DNA of 64,000 nucleotides from an uncultured virus (IMG/VR IMGVR_UViG_3300037071_001584) (IMGVR_UViG_3300037071_001584:1-64000), one strand, 5' to 3'; counted from the first letter of the stretch, positions 1-10,052 are shown. Program-made: numbers and translations. Notes: a model not told the origin generated them from the sequence alone.

Positions 1-91
1 TGAAAGAATTGTTGAAGACGCTCCTCTTGGAAGCGTAGATATTAGTCGTATAGTTGAACAAACTCCGACTAAGTCACCTTGGGCATTGTAA
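1..91 (+). CDS. 3' end of a gene entering the window (...ERIVEDAPLGSVDISRIVEQTPTKSPWAL*)
   Basis: Open frame from base 2 to TAA at 89-91, followed by a terminator-like hairpin. Confidence 0.5.
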   Translation, partial: ERIVEDAPLGSVDISRIVEQTPTKSPWAL

Positions 92-100
92 TATTTAATA

Positions 101-128
101 GAGGGGGGCAGAAATGCCCCTTTTCTTT
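101..128 (+). terminator. Intrinsic terminator-like hairpin
   Basis: GAGGGGGGCA-GAAA-TGCCCCTTTTC followed by TTT. Confidence 0.7.
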
Positions 129-142
129 AATAAACAAAAAAG

Positions 143-1174
143 ATGACAGAAATAAATTTAAATAAAGTTTTTGTTACAAAATCTAATCTTTTGAATCATA
201 TATCAGACTATGAAATATACAAAATGTATATAGGTAACACTGCTATAAATACAAAAGGGAGGATAAGATCTCCGTTAAGAGAAGATGAATCTCCTTCATT
301 TGGATTCTTTATTGGAGAGACTGGTGAATTATGTTTTAAAGACTTTGTTCTTGGTTCAGGTGATTGTGTAAGGTTTGTTATGTTTAAATTTGGACTTACT
401 TATTTTGAAGCATTAAGCCAGATTGCAATAGACGCTAACTTAGATGATAAATTTATTATAAAAGCTTCGTTTAAAACAAGCGTAATAAGTGACAGTAAAG
501 GAAAAAGAGAAGACTTCGTTAAAACAGTAAATTCGAACTATCTTGGTAAAACAAGTAGGAATTGGGAAATAAGAGACTACGTCTTTTGGAATCAATTTGG
601 TATAACTAAGCCAATATTAGAGAGGTATAATGTTCAACCTGTAGCATATCTACATGTTGGAATAGATAAGAAGATAGTTAAACCTGATTTTCATACGTAT
701 TGTTACAATGAAATGAAAGATGGAATTAATTCTTTTAAAATATATCAACCTAATAAAGAGGAATACAAATGGTTAAACAACCATAATGATTCTGTATGGC
801 AAGGATGGACTCAATTACCAGAAAAAGGAGATACTCTTATAATTACTAAATCATTAAAAGATGTTATGGCTATTGCTGGAGTAACAGGAATACCTGCTGT
901 AAGCTTACAAGCTGAAGGTAGTAAACCTAAACAAAGCGTGATAGACGAACTTCAAGAAAGATTTGAAACTATATTCGTATTATATGACAACGATTATGAT
1001 AAAACTGTCAATTGGGGTAGAGAGTTTGGACGAAAACTTTCTAGCGCACATGGATTTTGTCAAGTTGAAATAGAAGAGGCTTATAGATCAAAGGATTTCA
1101 GTGACTTAGTAATGAATCATGGCGAAAAGCTTTCAAGAAAATACTTAGAAGAACTAATAGAAAGACCTTTTTAA
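143..1174 (+). CDS. DnaG-like DNA primase (crAss-like type)
   Basis: Degenerate CHC2-like N-terminus (SPLREDESPSF..FKDF..GDC) and Toprim-like IITKSLKD...LYDND...KDFSD. Confidence 0.85.
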   Translation: MTEINLNKVFVTKSNLLNHISDYEIYKMYIGNTAINTKGRIRSPLREDESPSFGFFIGETGELCFKDFVLGSGDCVRFVMFKFGLTYFEALSQIAIDANLDDKFIIKASFKTSVISDSKGKREDFVKTVNSNYLGKTSRNWEIRDYVFWNQFGITKPILERYNVQPVAYLHVGIDKKIVKPDFHTYCYNEMKDGINSFKIYQPNKEEYKWLNNHNDSVWQGWTQLPEKGDTLIITKSLKDVMAIAGVTGIPAVSLQAEGSKPKQSVIDELQERFETIFVLYDNDYDKTVNWGREFGRKLSSAHGFCQVEIEEAYRSKDFSDLVMNHGEKLSRKYLEELIERPF

Positions 1175-1176
1175 AA

Positions 1177-1599
1177 ATGGAAGAAAAAATCATAGTTGGA
1201 GTATATGATGGCCTTAGAAAAAATGGAGAATCTCATGATTTATTTATGTCAAAAGCTAACTACTTAGGCACATTTTATACTGAGCCAGAATTCTCACTAT
1301 TTTCATTCTCTAAAAAATATCCAGCACTAAGTTTAGGAGGTTCCACTTCTGTTTTGTTAGAAGTCTATGAGGTTACTGAAGAAATTTTAAAGACAATAGA
1401 TTACTATGAAGGGTGTAATGACATAGATCCTTATATGAATATCTATAATAAAGCAGAGATTGAAACTCCGTTTGGTGAATGTATTATCTATATCTACAAC
1501 AGGATGGTAGTAAACAAGCCGCTTATTGAATCAGGTGATTGGTTTAGATTTAAAAAAGAAGTAAGACAACGAATAGAAGAAACAAGAAAAATAGTATAA
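1177..1599 (+). CDS. Gamma-glutamylcyclotransferase (AIG2-like) family protein
   Basis: VGVYDGLRK (YGTL-like), YPAL, EVYEV, IDYYEG, IESGDW. Confidence 0.8.
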   Translation: MEEKIIVGVYDGLRKNGESHDLFMSKANYLGTFYTEPEFSLFSFSKKYPALSLGGSTSVLLEVYEVTEEILKTIDYYEGCNDIDPYMNIYNKAEIETPFGECIIYIYNRMVVNKPLIESGDWFRFKKEVRQRIEETRKIV

Positions 1600-1602
1600 A
1601 TC

Positions 1603-2481
1603 ATGGTAATAAACATTAATTCAAAAAAGAAAGTAGGAGATGTTCTATTATCAGTTGCATTAAGAACTGGTAAATATGTTCCAATGATTAGAAGCAGACA
1701 TCCTTCTCATGCAGGTTTAAGAAGAGCTTTACCTAAACTTCCGTTTAGAAGTGTCATCAGACTAGGCTCTCTGACTGTATTAGAGGACGATAGCAGCAAG
1801 AAAGGGAACAGGGTGGAACTGAACAGTGCATTGGCTATAAAGAATAGCTCTAGCAAGCTTAAAATGAAGCAATGTTTTACTCAAGGAGGCGTTAAAACAG
1901 CTGAATGGATATATTCTACAAGTGAGAATGATATCATAAATTGGCTGAAGGAATATCCAATTGTGGCTAAAAGCCATATGGGTTCTCGCGGAAGAGGAAA
2001 TACATTGTTGAAAACTGAAGCTGAAGTAAGAGCTTTTATTAGAAGCAAGGATCTTTCACATTACATTTTTGAAAAGTATTATAACTACAACAAGGAGTAT
2101 AGATTGCATGTCAGTGCTGACGGTTGCTTTTATGCTTGTAGAAAAATGCTTAAGAATGAATTTAAAGATCATCCTAATGCGTGGCAAAGACATGATGACA
2201 ATTGTTCTTGGATACTTGAAGAGAATGAAATGTTTGACAAACCTACAAATTGGGCTAATATAATTGATCATTGCGTTAAAGCATTGATTAGTTGTGGTCT
2301 TGATTTTGGAGCATGTGATTTGAGAGTTCAAAACAATATTGATAAAGAAGGAGTTAGAAGACTTCAACCTGACTTCATTGTTGTAGAGATTAATTCTGCG
2401 CCATCATTTGGTAAAGTTACTCTTGAAAAATACAAAGAAGTATTACCTCAACTTTTAGTTAAAAAACATGAAAATCGTTAA
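1603..2481 (+). CDS. ATP-grasp peptide ligase
   Basis: YPIVAK..GSRGRG, IFEKY, EYRLHV, LDFGACD, VVEINSAPS. Confidence 0.85.
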   Translation: MVININSKKKVGDVLLSVALRTGKYVPMIRSRHPSHAGLRRALPKLPFRSVIRLGSLTVLEDDSSKKGNRVELNSALAIKNSSSKLKMKQCFTQGGVKTAEWIYSTSENDIINWLKEYPIVAKSHMGSRGRGNTLLKTEAEVRAFIRSKDLSHYIFEKYYNYNKEYRLHVSADGCFYACRKMLKNEFKDHPNAWQRHDDNCSWILEENEMFDKPTNWANIIDHCVKALISCGLDFGACDLRVQNNIDKEGVRRLQPDFIVVEINSAPSFGKVTLEKYKEVLPQLLVKKHENR

Positions 2482-2689
2482 AAAAGGAGATGAACCAACT
2501 TTTGTTCCTATAACCTTATATATTACTATAGAGAGCAAAGAGGAGCAAGAGACGTTATTATCATTATTTAAAACAATAACTTCTCATGAGTTAACAACAA
2601 TTGCTTTAAAGAATACAAAAGAACATCTTAACCAAAAGGTTATTAGCACATTTATAGGAGGTTTTTATAATTCATTATTAGATAAATAA
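2468..2689 (+). CDS. Hypothetical protein
   Basis: 73-aa ORF overlapping the upstream stop, in operon. Confidence 0.6.
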   Translation: MKIVKKGDEPTFVPITLYITIESKEEQETLLSLFKTITSHELTTIALKNTKEHLNQKVISTFIGGFYNSLLDK

Positions 2690-2696
2690 AAAAAAC

Positions 2697-3437
2697 ATGA
2701 AAAAAATAATTGGAGTTTATGCTGATGTAGCAAATGGTAGAGTTGGTCAAACAGCTCCGTATATGCAATTCTTAGGTCAATTTGGTAATGTACGTTTAAT
2801 ACTACCTACTGACAATTTAAGAGAGGTTGCAAAAAGTATTGATATGTTAGTATTGCCTGGAGGTTCTGATATAAATTCTGCCAAATATAATCAAGCGCCA
2901 GATATTATGACAGGACGTCCTAATATGCATTTTGATTATTTAGATGCTAATCTGTTGCCTTTGGTAATTGAGATGAAGAAACCTATTTTAGGTATTTGTC
3001 GAGGTATGCAAGCATTAAATGTTCACTTTGGTGGTACATTAAATCAGCATGTTATTGGTCATCACCAAGGAGACAATCGTGCTGCTACAAAGCAAGAAAT
3101 TCAATTTGAAGACGGAAAGAAACCGCATATGATTAACTCTATGCACCATCAATCTGTTAACATTTTAGGAGATGGTTTTGAAATTGTAGCTTATAGCCAA
3201 TGTTATCAAGGATGTTATTCTGAAAAGAAACATGTTAGAAACTGGTATTTTGTTGATGACAAGAAGAAGAAAGAATTCTTTGAATGTATTGTCATCATTG
3301 AGATGATTAAGCACAAAAATCTTCCTATTGTTGGAGTTCAATGGCATCCAGAGGAGTTCAATTGTAAAGTTACAGTTGATTGTATTAACACTTTATTAAA
3401 AGAATATGAAGAAAAAGTTAGCAGTCCTAGTAAATGA
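2697..3437 (+). CDS. Class I glutamine amidotransferase / peptidase C26 (PuuD-like gamma-glutamyl hydrolase)
   Basis: LPGGSDI, LGICRGMQ nucleophile elbow, NSMHHQ, VQWHPE. Confidence 0.88.
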   Translation: MKKIIGVYADVANGRVGQTAPYMQFLGQFGNVRLILPTDNLREVAKSIDMLVLPGGSDINSAKYNQAPDIMTGRPNMHFDYLDANLLPLVIEMKKPILGICRGMQALNVHFGGTLNQHVIGHHQGDNRAATKQEIQFEDGKKPHMINSMHHQSVNILGDGFEIVAYSQCYQGCYSEKKHVRNWYFVDDKKKKEFFECIVIIEMIKHKNLPIVGVQWHPEEFNCKVTVDCINTLLKEYEEKVSSPSK

Positions 3438-4086
3438 TTCAGCAGATTATGAATCTTATGTTGCGTTCCTTAAACTAAAATATGATATTGAGCTTGTAAA
3501 GCTTTCTTCTATTGCAAAGAAAGAAACGATTCCTGAGATTGATTTAATGTTGTTTACTGGAGGAGAAGATGTTGATCCAGCTTATTACAATGAGAAACCT
3601 GGAAAAAGAACATTCTATAATCCTTCAAGAGACAATGATGAATCTAAAATGTTTAGAATGCTAAATCAAAAGATTCCAAAACTTGGAATTTGTAGAGGAA
3701 GTCAATTCTTAACTGTAATGAGTGGTGGTAAATTAATACAACATGTGGAAAATCATGGTATTGGTGGAACTCATTCAATTACATTTGATTATATTCATAA
3801 TCATAAAATGCAGATTACGTCAACGCATCACCAAATGATGTATCCTTTTGATTTATCAAAGAAAGAATATATACTTTGTGCTTATGCAACCAACTATTTA
3901 AGTCCTATATACTTAAATGGTAATGACAGAAACATTGAAGTGCCTGAAGAATTCTTGGAGCCAGAGATTGTATTCTATCCTAGAAGTAATTCTTTAGCAA
4001 TTCAAGGTCATCCTGAATCTGGTATTATGTCAGATGATGGAAAAATGTTTATATTGAACTATATAGACAATGTATTAAAGCTTTAA
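3406..4086 (+). CDS. Second class I glutamine amidotransferase / peptidase C26
   Basis: FTGGEDVDP, LGICRGSQ, STHHQ, IQGHPE. Confidence 0.88.
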   Translation: MKKKLAVLVNDSADYESYVAFLKLKYDIELVKLSSIAKKETIPEIDLMLFTGGEDVDPAYYNEKPGKRTFYNPSRDNDESKMFRMLNQKIPKLGICRGSQFLTVMSGGKLIQHVENHGIGGTHSITFDYIHNHKMQITSTHHQMMYPFDLSKKEYILCAYATNYLSPIYLNGNDRNIEVPEEFLEPEIVFYPRSNSLAIQGHPESGIMSDDGKMFILNYIDNVLKL

Positions 4087-4111
4087 CATTAAACCTTTAA
4101 ATTATAAAAAC

Positions 4112-4930
4112 ATGGAAAAAATTGTAGAAAACAAGCATGGAGTTACCTTAGGTAGTGATCCTGAGATTTTTATATGTAATGCTGAAGAGATCGTCTCAGC
4201 AGAAGGTTTAACAGGTGGAACGAAACACGATCCCGTTCCAATTAGCGAGGAAGGACATATGATTCAAGAAGATGGTATTGCTCTCGAGTATAACATACCA
4301 GCTTGCTCCACAGTAGAGGAGTTTATTGCTCATCATGAATTTGTTCAAGACTATTTTAAAGTTTTAATCGCCGCTCATGGTTATGAGTTTAGCAAAGAAA
4401 GAAGTGCGGATATTAATCCAATCTTCTTGCAAACTGAGCAAGCTCAAACATTTGGGTGTGAACCTGATTATAACGTTTATACTAGAAGCGAGAACGAAGC
4501 TCCTGAATCAGGACAGAATTTAAGATGTGTTGGAGGTCATATTCACATTGGATATCCAGATCCAGACCAAGACGTTACTGAGAAAATTGTAATGATGTTT
4601 GACATGTTTGCAACCTTGCCATCTCTATTTAAAGACAATGATACGCGTCGTAGAGAATTGTATGGTAAAGCCGGTAGTTTTAGGTTTAAGATTTTTGGAT
4701 TAGAATGTAGAGCATTGTCTAACTTTTGGATTCATACAAGAGAAGACATGACTTGGGTATGGAATCAAACAATGAGAGCTGTTAATTGTGTTCTTGACGG
4801 AGAGTCTGATGCTTTAATTGAAAAGTATTCTTCTGATGTTAGAAATGCAATTAATACTGCTGATTTAAAATTAGCAGCTGAATTGATGATCATGATTGAT
4901 CATGAAGTACAAAAAGAAGTGGTAGAATAG
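4112..4930 (+). CDS. phiEco32-like COOH-NH2 ligase type 2
   Basis: LGSDPEIF, GGTK, QEDGIALEYN, FGCEPDYN, GGHIHIG, RRELYGKAG, ECRALSNFW. Confidence 0.88.
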   Translation: MEKIVENKHGVTLGSDPEIFICNAEEIVSAEGLTGGTKHDPVPISEEGHMIQEDGIALEYNIPACSTVEEFIAHHEFVQDYFKVLIAAHGYEFSKERSADINPIFLQTEQAQTFGCEPDYNVYTRSENEAPESGQNLRCVGGHIHIGYPDPDQDVTEKIVMMFDMFATLPSLFKDNDTRRRELYGKAGSFRFKIFGLECRALSNFWIHTREDMTWVWNQTMRAVNCVLDGESDALIEKYSSDVRNAINTADLKLAAELMIMIDHEVQKEVVE

Positions 4931-4951
4931 ACAAACAAACAAGACTAAATA

Positions 4952-6919
4952 ATGGAAATAAAAATTTTATTACTACTATTATTAGCACATTATATACTCT
5001 TCTTTCTATTTAGAGGGAAGGGTGATGTGCTCGCTTGCGGTATATTTGGATGGTCTGGAAGCAGAACTACAAGATTTAACAAGCAAAAATTTGATATTCT
5101 AGGACTTTTTAACAATTCAAGAGGTGGAGATTCATGTGGAGTGTCTACAGATGGAGAAATCTATTATGGTACACTTTTAAACAAAAGTTATGATGACTTT
5201 GTTGTTAACAAGAATTATCTTTCTCCTGTAAGAATTCCTGTTGTTATTGGACATTCTCGTAAAGCAAGTGTTGGAGCTGTAAGTGAAACAAATGCTCATC
5301 CATTTGGATTTGGAGATTTAGGAGAAGGTCATGCTTTTATTGGGTGTCATAATGGTACTTTAAGCAATTATGAGGAACTTGGTAAAAAATATGAAGTCGA
5401 AACTTCTGTCTACAGTGAAAGAAATATGTTCCTAAGGACTAAAGTAGATTCTGAAATACTATTGGAGATACTATATAAAACTAAAGATACGGAAGTATTA
5501 CAAGAATATATAGGAGGAGCTGCTTTATTATTCCAAAATTTAGAAGAACCTAACACATTATTTGCATTTCATGGAGCTTCTAAAAAAGAAGTTGGAGATA
5601 GAGGTGAAACTTTATACGAAGAAAGACCTTTATATTACTATCAAGAAGCAAAAGATTCAGTTTACATTTCTTCAATAGAAGAAGCTTTAATATTCATAGG
5701 TGGAGAAAAAGACAAAACTGTTTTTGAATTTGATCACAATCTTTTGTACAAAATCAAAGATGGAAATGTTGATAAAGCTGTAACTTATGAAGTGGACAGG
5801 AGAGGAGCTGGCCAAAAGAAACCCTATGGGGGTGCGGGTTTTTGCATGGGTGGGACGGCTACTGGGACTAATACTGCCAGAAACCACGGTCCTGCCAAAA
5901 GGGGAAAGCGAAAAGAAAGAAGTAAATCTAGACGGTTCAAACAAATAGCAAATGTCGCAAATATATACGATGAAACTGTTATTGAGGGAGACTTTAAATC
6001 TGCAATATATTATAACAAATTAAGATATTGGAGAAATGGTCACTTAATAGATGGTGTTTTCACATATATTAAAGGATTTGGTTTGTATAAGATCGGAGAT
6101 CAAGCTTCTGATTCAAATAATAAATTGTATCAATTGATGGGAGAACACTTTAGTCTTGAAGATGGTATGTTTTTAGATACTGTTTATTTAGAACAAAGAC
6201 TCGCTCTTGATGAAACTATATTTGTACCATTTGAATTTAGTACAAAGGAACCACCTGTATTCTTCTTTCATAATGGAATCATGCTAGAAACAATGCATGA
6301 CTTTGCTGCATTAAATGGAGAGTATGCAAGTAAATTTTCCTTTGAACATTTATCGCAAATGTCTAAATACCCTATCTGTAGAATGCGCAAGAATCGGCCA
6401 GACAATAACAGACAAGAAATACTTTATAATGGTCAGCCTTATACCAATAATTTTATACCTTTGCAATGTAATAATTGCTACAATATTGAAAATGGTAATT
6501 TAATCAATATAGATAGGTTAGAAGAAATTGTTGTGAAAGAAGCTGAAATTTGTTGTTCTGTTAAGATTCCTTCTACTAATGAGGTGATACAGTTGCCCAT
6601 GGAATTTGATGCTCCAATTATGGGGCCGAATAGTTTGATCAATGCATATCATCCTGCTAGACCAACTGTTGAATTTCTGGATGAAGATCCTCCTATTGAA
6701 GATTATTTCCAAAAAAAGGGAGATGATGAAAAGGTTTTGAGCATCATTAATAAGCACATTATGCCAGTTTACACACAATTGCAAACTTGTAATGAGGATC
6801 TTAAAAATGAAGAAGATGAAACTATTCAAGAGCTTATTGACTTAAACAAGGATTACTTATTGAGTGTTGACTGTATTGTTGAATCAAAATCCAAAGAAAA
6901 TGAAGGAGAAGCTAGTTAA
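4952..6919 (+). CDS. Class II (Ntn) glutamine amidotransferase with hydrophobic N-terminal leader and C-terminal extension
   Basis: CGIFG at residue 29, RGGDSCG, GHSRKAS, NAHPF, HNGTL, VDSE, ERPL. Confidence 0.85.
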   Translation: MEIKILLLLLLAHYILFFLFRGKGDVLACGIFGWSGSRTTRFNKQKFDILGLFNNSRGGDSCGVSTDGEIYYGTLLNKSYDDFVVNKNYLSPVRIPVVIGHSRKASVGAVSETNAHPFGFGDLGEGHAFIGCHNGTLSNYEELGKKYEVETSVYSERNMFLRTKVDSEILLEILYKTKDTEVLQEYIGGAALLFQNLEEPNTLFAFHGASKKEVGDRGETLYEERPLYYYQEAKDSVYISSIEEALIFIGGEKDKTVFEFDHNLLYKIKDGNVDKAVTYEVDRRGAGQKKPYGGAGFCMGGTATGTNTARNHGPAKRGKRKERSKSRRFKQIANVANIYDETVIEGDFKSAIYYNKLRYWRNGHLIDGVFTYIKGFGLYKIGDQASDSNNKLYQLMGEHFSLEDGMFLDTVYLEQRLALDETIFVPFEFSTKEPPVFFFHNGIMLETMHDFAALNGEYASKFSFEHLSQMSKYPICRMRKNRPDNNRQEILYNGQPYTNNFIPLQCNNCYNIENGNLINIDRLEEIVVKEAEICCSVKIPSTNEVIQLPMEFDAPIMGPNSLINAYHPARPTVEFLDEDPPIEDYFQKKGDDEKVLSIINKHIMPVYTQLQTCNEDLKNEEDETIQELIDLNKDYLLSVDCIVESKSKENEGEAS

Positions 6920-8912
6920 AACAATTAAAGGAGAAGATCGTAATGAGAAAGACTGTAGACTTATTGATGGACAATACTATTATATAGGGGACATCCATAG
7001 AGAAAACTCTGGAGATATATATCTAATTAACAATAGATATATAAGAGCGTCTACTGAAAGAATCGTATTCGATCATTTTGAAGGTGAGTATAAGTTGAAA
7101 AATAGCAGTTTAACTCATGGTATAATTGATATTGAAGACGGAACTCCTGTATTTGGTTATTTCTCTAAAAATGATCTTTATAACGTAAAGGTTATAGTTA
7201 AGGATTTGAGCGAAAGAGTTGCAATTTCAGCAAATGTACTTGGATATGAATTCAGAGAAAGAAGATCTGATGGAGTGTTCTATCACATTTCCCTTTTAGA
7301 TGCTAATAAGTTTAACCTGCTTAGAGGTATTTCAAGAGAAATAAAAGAAAGCTTTCCTTATGATTCTAAAGGGTCTATTGCTAAAATTACAAAAACATTT
7401 GAGTCTAATTACAAACCTGTTATTTGTAGAAATGCAGAAATTGTAGGTAAAACTTTAAAGGATTATACATTTGGATTAGAGTTTGAAACATGTGCTGGAA
7501 TAATACCTAATAATAAATTAGTATACTTGCCATTAATACCATTGAGAGATGGTTCAATTAGCGGTATAGAATATGCTACAATTCCATTAAAAGGTCCAGT
7601 AGGAGTTCAAGCATTAATTGATTCTGTAGATGAATTGAAAAGAAGAACATCCTATAGTGATGAATGCTCTTTACATATACATGTTGGTGGTATGCCAAGA
7701 ACGACTGAGTATATATTAGCATTCTACAAGACTATATCATTGTTGCAAAATGACATATTTTCAATGTTCCCGCTTTACAAGAAATATAATTTTGGCGTTA
7801 AACGTAAAAACTATAGCGCGCCATTTCCATTTGAAGAGATTAACTTTAGAATGGATCCGATCATAAATTATAATGATAAAAAGCAGGTTAATAAGAATTT
7901 TGATCATTTGTTCACATATTTATCTGGAGGTGTAACTTTCGCAGAATATGGTAATGATTTAAGTCAAGTACTTGTACATCCTCAAGATCCTCAAGGAGCT
8001 GCTAAATGGAATATTAAGCATAGATATTCTTTTGTAAACTTAATTCCTTTAATATTTGGAAATCATCAAACTATTGAATTTAGAATTCATACACCAACGT
8101 ATGATATAAATAAAATATTGGATTTCTTGATGTTGAATATTTATATAATTGATTATGTTAACATAAACTATAAATTGATTCTTGCAGGCAAAGATACTTT
8201 ATCTATCATGAGACCAAGCTTGCAGTTTATGTTAAATGATTATGTAAATAACATTGAAGGAAGTAGTAGAAAAACTATATTTAATGAGTTAAATCGTTAT
8301 ATTAGTGAAAGAAAACATGCTTCTGAAGACATTGCAAGAACAAAAGGTGTTGTTTACCAAGAAGAAGACTTAAGACTTCCTAAAGGTTTAGGATTTAATA
8401 CCTACAAATACCATAGATCAAATGGATCTTATTTTTCAGCTTCATATCTTGAAGATATTCTATACGAAAGTAGTCTGAGTAGCTTTGACAGCCCTTTTGC
8501 TGAGGCTTCTATTAAATTCGAAGATGTAAATCCTTCTGCTAAATTAAAACTTCGCAGTGATGTTGGAGTTTCTCCTAAAAGGAGGCCAAGAGATTTAGCT
8601 AGAGAGAAAGAAGTTTTAGAATCTTCAAGAAAAGCTCTTGAACAGATACAAGCATCTGAAAAAGAACGTTTAGATAAGGGGTTAGGTGGAGGTTTATATG
8701 AGCAAATGAGACAAGCTGCTGAAATTAGATATTCTCTTAAAGACAATGGAACTAGGCCTGTAATTTCAGATCCTGGAACTTTATCTGGACTTGGTGTATC
8801 TACTTTTGGAACTAGCGGCTCTGTTCAAGTTAAAGAAAGTTCTTATGATTGGACTCTTAAGGCTTCTAAGTCTAATGATGATTGGGAAGAATCTATACAT
8901 AAACCAGAATAG
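6900..8912 (+). CDS. Putative amidoligase (glutamine-synthetase-like COOH-NH2 ligase fold)
   Basis: FGLEFET, DGSI..IEY, CSLHIHVG, RYSFVNL, TIEFR; ATG at 6900 preferred over the ORF-track start at 6864. Confidence 0.8.
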   Translation: MKEKLVKTIKGEDRNEKDCRLIDGQYYYIGDIHRENSGDIYLINNRYIRASTERIVFDHFEGEYKLKNSSLTHGIIDIEDGTPVFGYFSKNDLYNVKVIVKDLSERVAISANVLGYEFRERRSDGVFYHISLLDANKFNLLRGISREIKESFPYDSKGSIAKITKTFESNYKPVICRNAEIVGKTLKDYTFGLEFETCAGIIPNNKLVYLPLIPLRDGSISGIEYATIPLKGPVGVQALIDSVDELKRRTSYSDECSLHIHVGGMPRTTEYILAFYKTISLLQNDIFSMFPLYKKYNFGVKRKNYSAPFPFEEINFRMDPIINYNDKKQVNKNFDHLFTYLSGGVTFAEYGNDLSQVLVHPQDPQGAAKWNIKHRYSFVNLIPLIFGNHQTIEFRIHTPTYDINKILDFLMLNIYIIDYVNINYKLILAGKDTLSIMRPSLQFMLNDYVNNIEGSSRKTIFNELNRYISERKHASEDIARTKGVVYQEEDLRLPKGLGFNTYKYHRSNGSYFSASYLEDILYESSLSSFDSPFAEASIKFEDVNPSAKLKLRSDVGVSPKRRPRDLAREKEVLESSRKALEQIQASEKERLDKGLGGGLYEQMRQAAEIRYSLKDNGTRPVISDPGTLSGLGVSTFGTSGSVQVKESSYDWTLKASKSNDDWEESIHKPE

Positions 8913-8914
8913 AC

Positions 8915-9613
8915 ATGAAGGTAATCTATTACAAAGAAGATAGTAGCTTTAATTTGGCTGTTGATTATGGTAAAATGATTGGTAATGGTTGGTCTAGAAG
9001 ATTGAAAGAATATCTTCACAGTAAGGATATGCAAGATACTATGTATGAAGTTTCTAAATTATACACTAACAAGCATTTAGCTATGTTTCCTGCAAAGGAT
9101 CAAATTTTCGCTTCATTAGGTAAAATGGATCTTACTGAGATTAATGTTGCCATAATAAATTGTAATCCTACGTTTAATTATAGAAGTAATGGCGTTGCCT
9201 TTTCTAATACATCTAAGCACAGAGGAGATATCGACCTTCAATTGTCTAACTTATTTGATAAGATAAACATCTATGAAAGAAGAACATCTTCTGCTGAGGA
9301 TTACACTTTAGACCATTGGATAGAACAAAGTGTGTTTTTATTCAATGTATCATTAACTGGATTCACTAGTTATAACCAACGTTCTTTATGGTTTGGATTC
9401 TCAAGAGCTGTTATTGAGACCATTAGTAGATGTAGGCAAGGATTAGTTTTCTTATTTATAGGTACAGAAGAACAATGCAAGCTTTACAGCGAAAAAGTCG
9501 ACCAACGAAAACATACGATTTTAAGACACGATACACTTAGCTATGACGCGCTAAATGAAGTCAACCTTGAAATCGATAGTATAGATGGTAAAGATTATAG
9601 AATTAAATGGTGA
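8915..9613 (+). CDS. Uracil-DNA glycosylase family-1-like protein, catalytic motifs degenerate
   Basis: FP...IF, VAIINCNPT (GQDPY equivalent), NGVAFS, WIEQSVFLFNVSLT; no HPS motif. Confidence 0.7.
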   Translation: MKVIYYKEDSSFNLAVDYGKMIGNGWSRRLKEYLHSKDMQDTMYEVSKLYTNKHLAMFPAKDQIFASLGKMDLTEINVAIINCNPTFNYRSNGVAFSNTSKHRGDIDLQLSNLFDKINIYERRTSSAEDYTLDHWIEQSVFLFNVSLTGFTSYNQRSLWFGFSRAVIETISRCRQGLVFLFIGTEEQCKLYSEKVDQRKHTILRHDTLSYDALNEVNLEIDSIDGKDYRIKW

Positions 9614-10052
9614 AGACTTCCTATTTATACAAGGGAATGTCCCGTCACTTAAAAATGCCAAGATAAAGACTACAAGAGGTATATTCTCATCGAAAACGGT
9701 GCAGAATTACCTTAGGTCTCTTGGTATCCAAAGATACTCTTCAAGTAAAAAGATCGTAGTAAAGTATGCACGCAAGGATAATGAATTCCAGAAGTGTTCA
9801 GCTTATTTCGATAAATACCTTGTTGAAGTTCCTCACGAAGTTGGGTTTCATTTCATTAGAGGTTCTAAGCACAGATTCGATTTCAATAATGCTTCACAGA
9901 TACTAGCAGATTTAATGACTGCTCATGACTTCATAGAAGATGATGATATGGATAATTTCCTTCCATATCCAATGAAAATCGATGGAAAAGCTTATTCCTA
10001 CGATAAAGAGAATCCTGGAGTATTAATTAAAATACTTAATAAAAATGGATAA
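9585..10052 (+). CDS. RusA-like Holliday junction resolvase
   Basis: VPSLKN, FDFNN...ADLM...IEDDD. Confidence 0.65.
   Translation: MVKIIELNGEDFLFIQGNVPSLKNAKIKTTRGIFSSKTVQNYLRSLGIQRYSSSKKIVVKYARKDNEFQKCSAYFDKYLVEVPHEVGFHFIRGSKHRFDFNNASQILADLMTAHDFIEDDDMDNFLPYPMKIDGKAYSYDKENPGVLIKILNKNG

Noticed and set aside
143..1174. Primase appearing inactive (no Zn cysteines, ITKS in place of the Toprim Glu)
   Set aside because: From recall this pattern is usual in crAss-like primases and the DxD motif is intact; not verified by alignment
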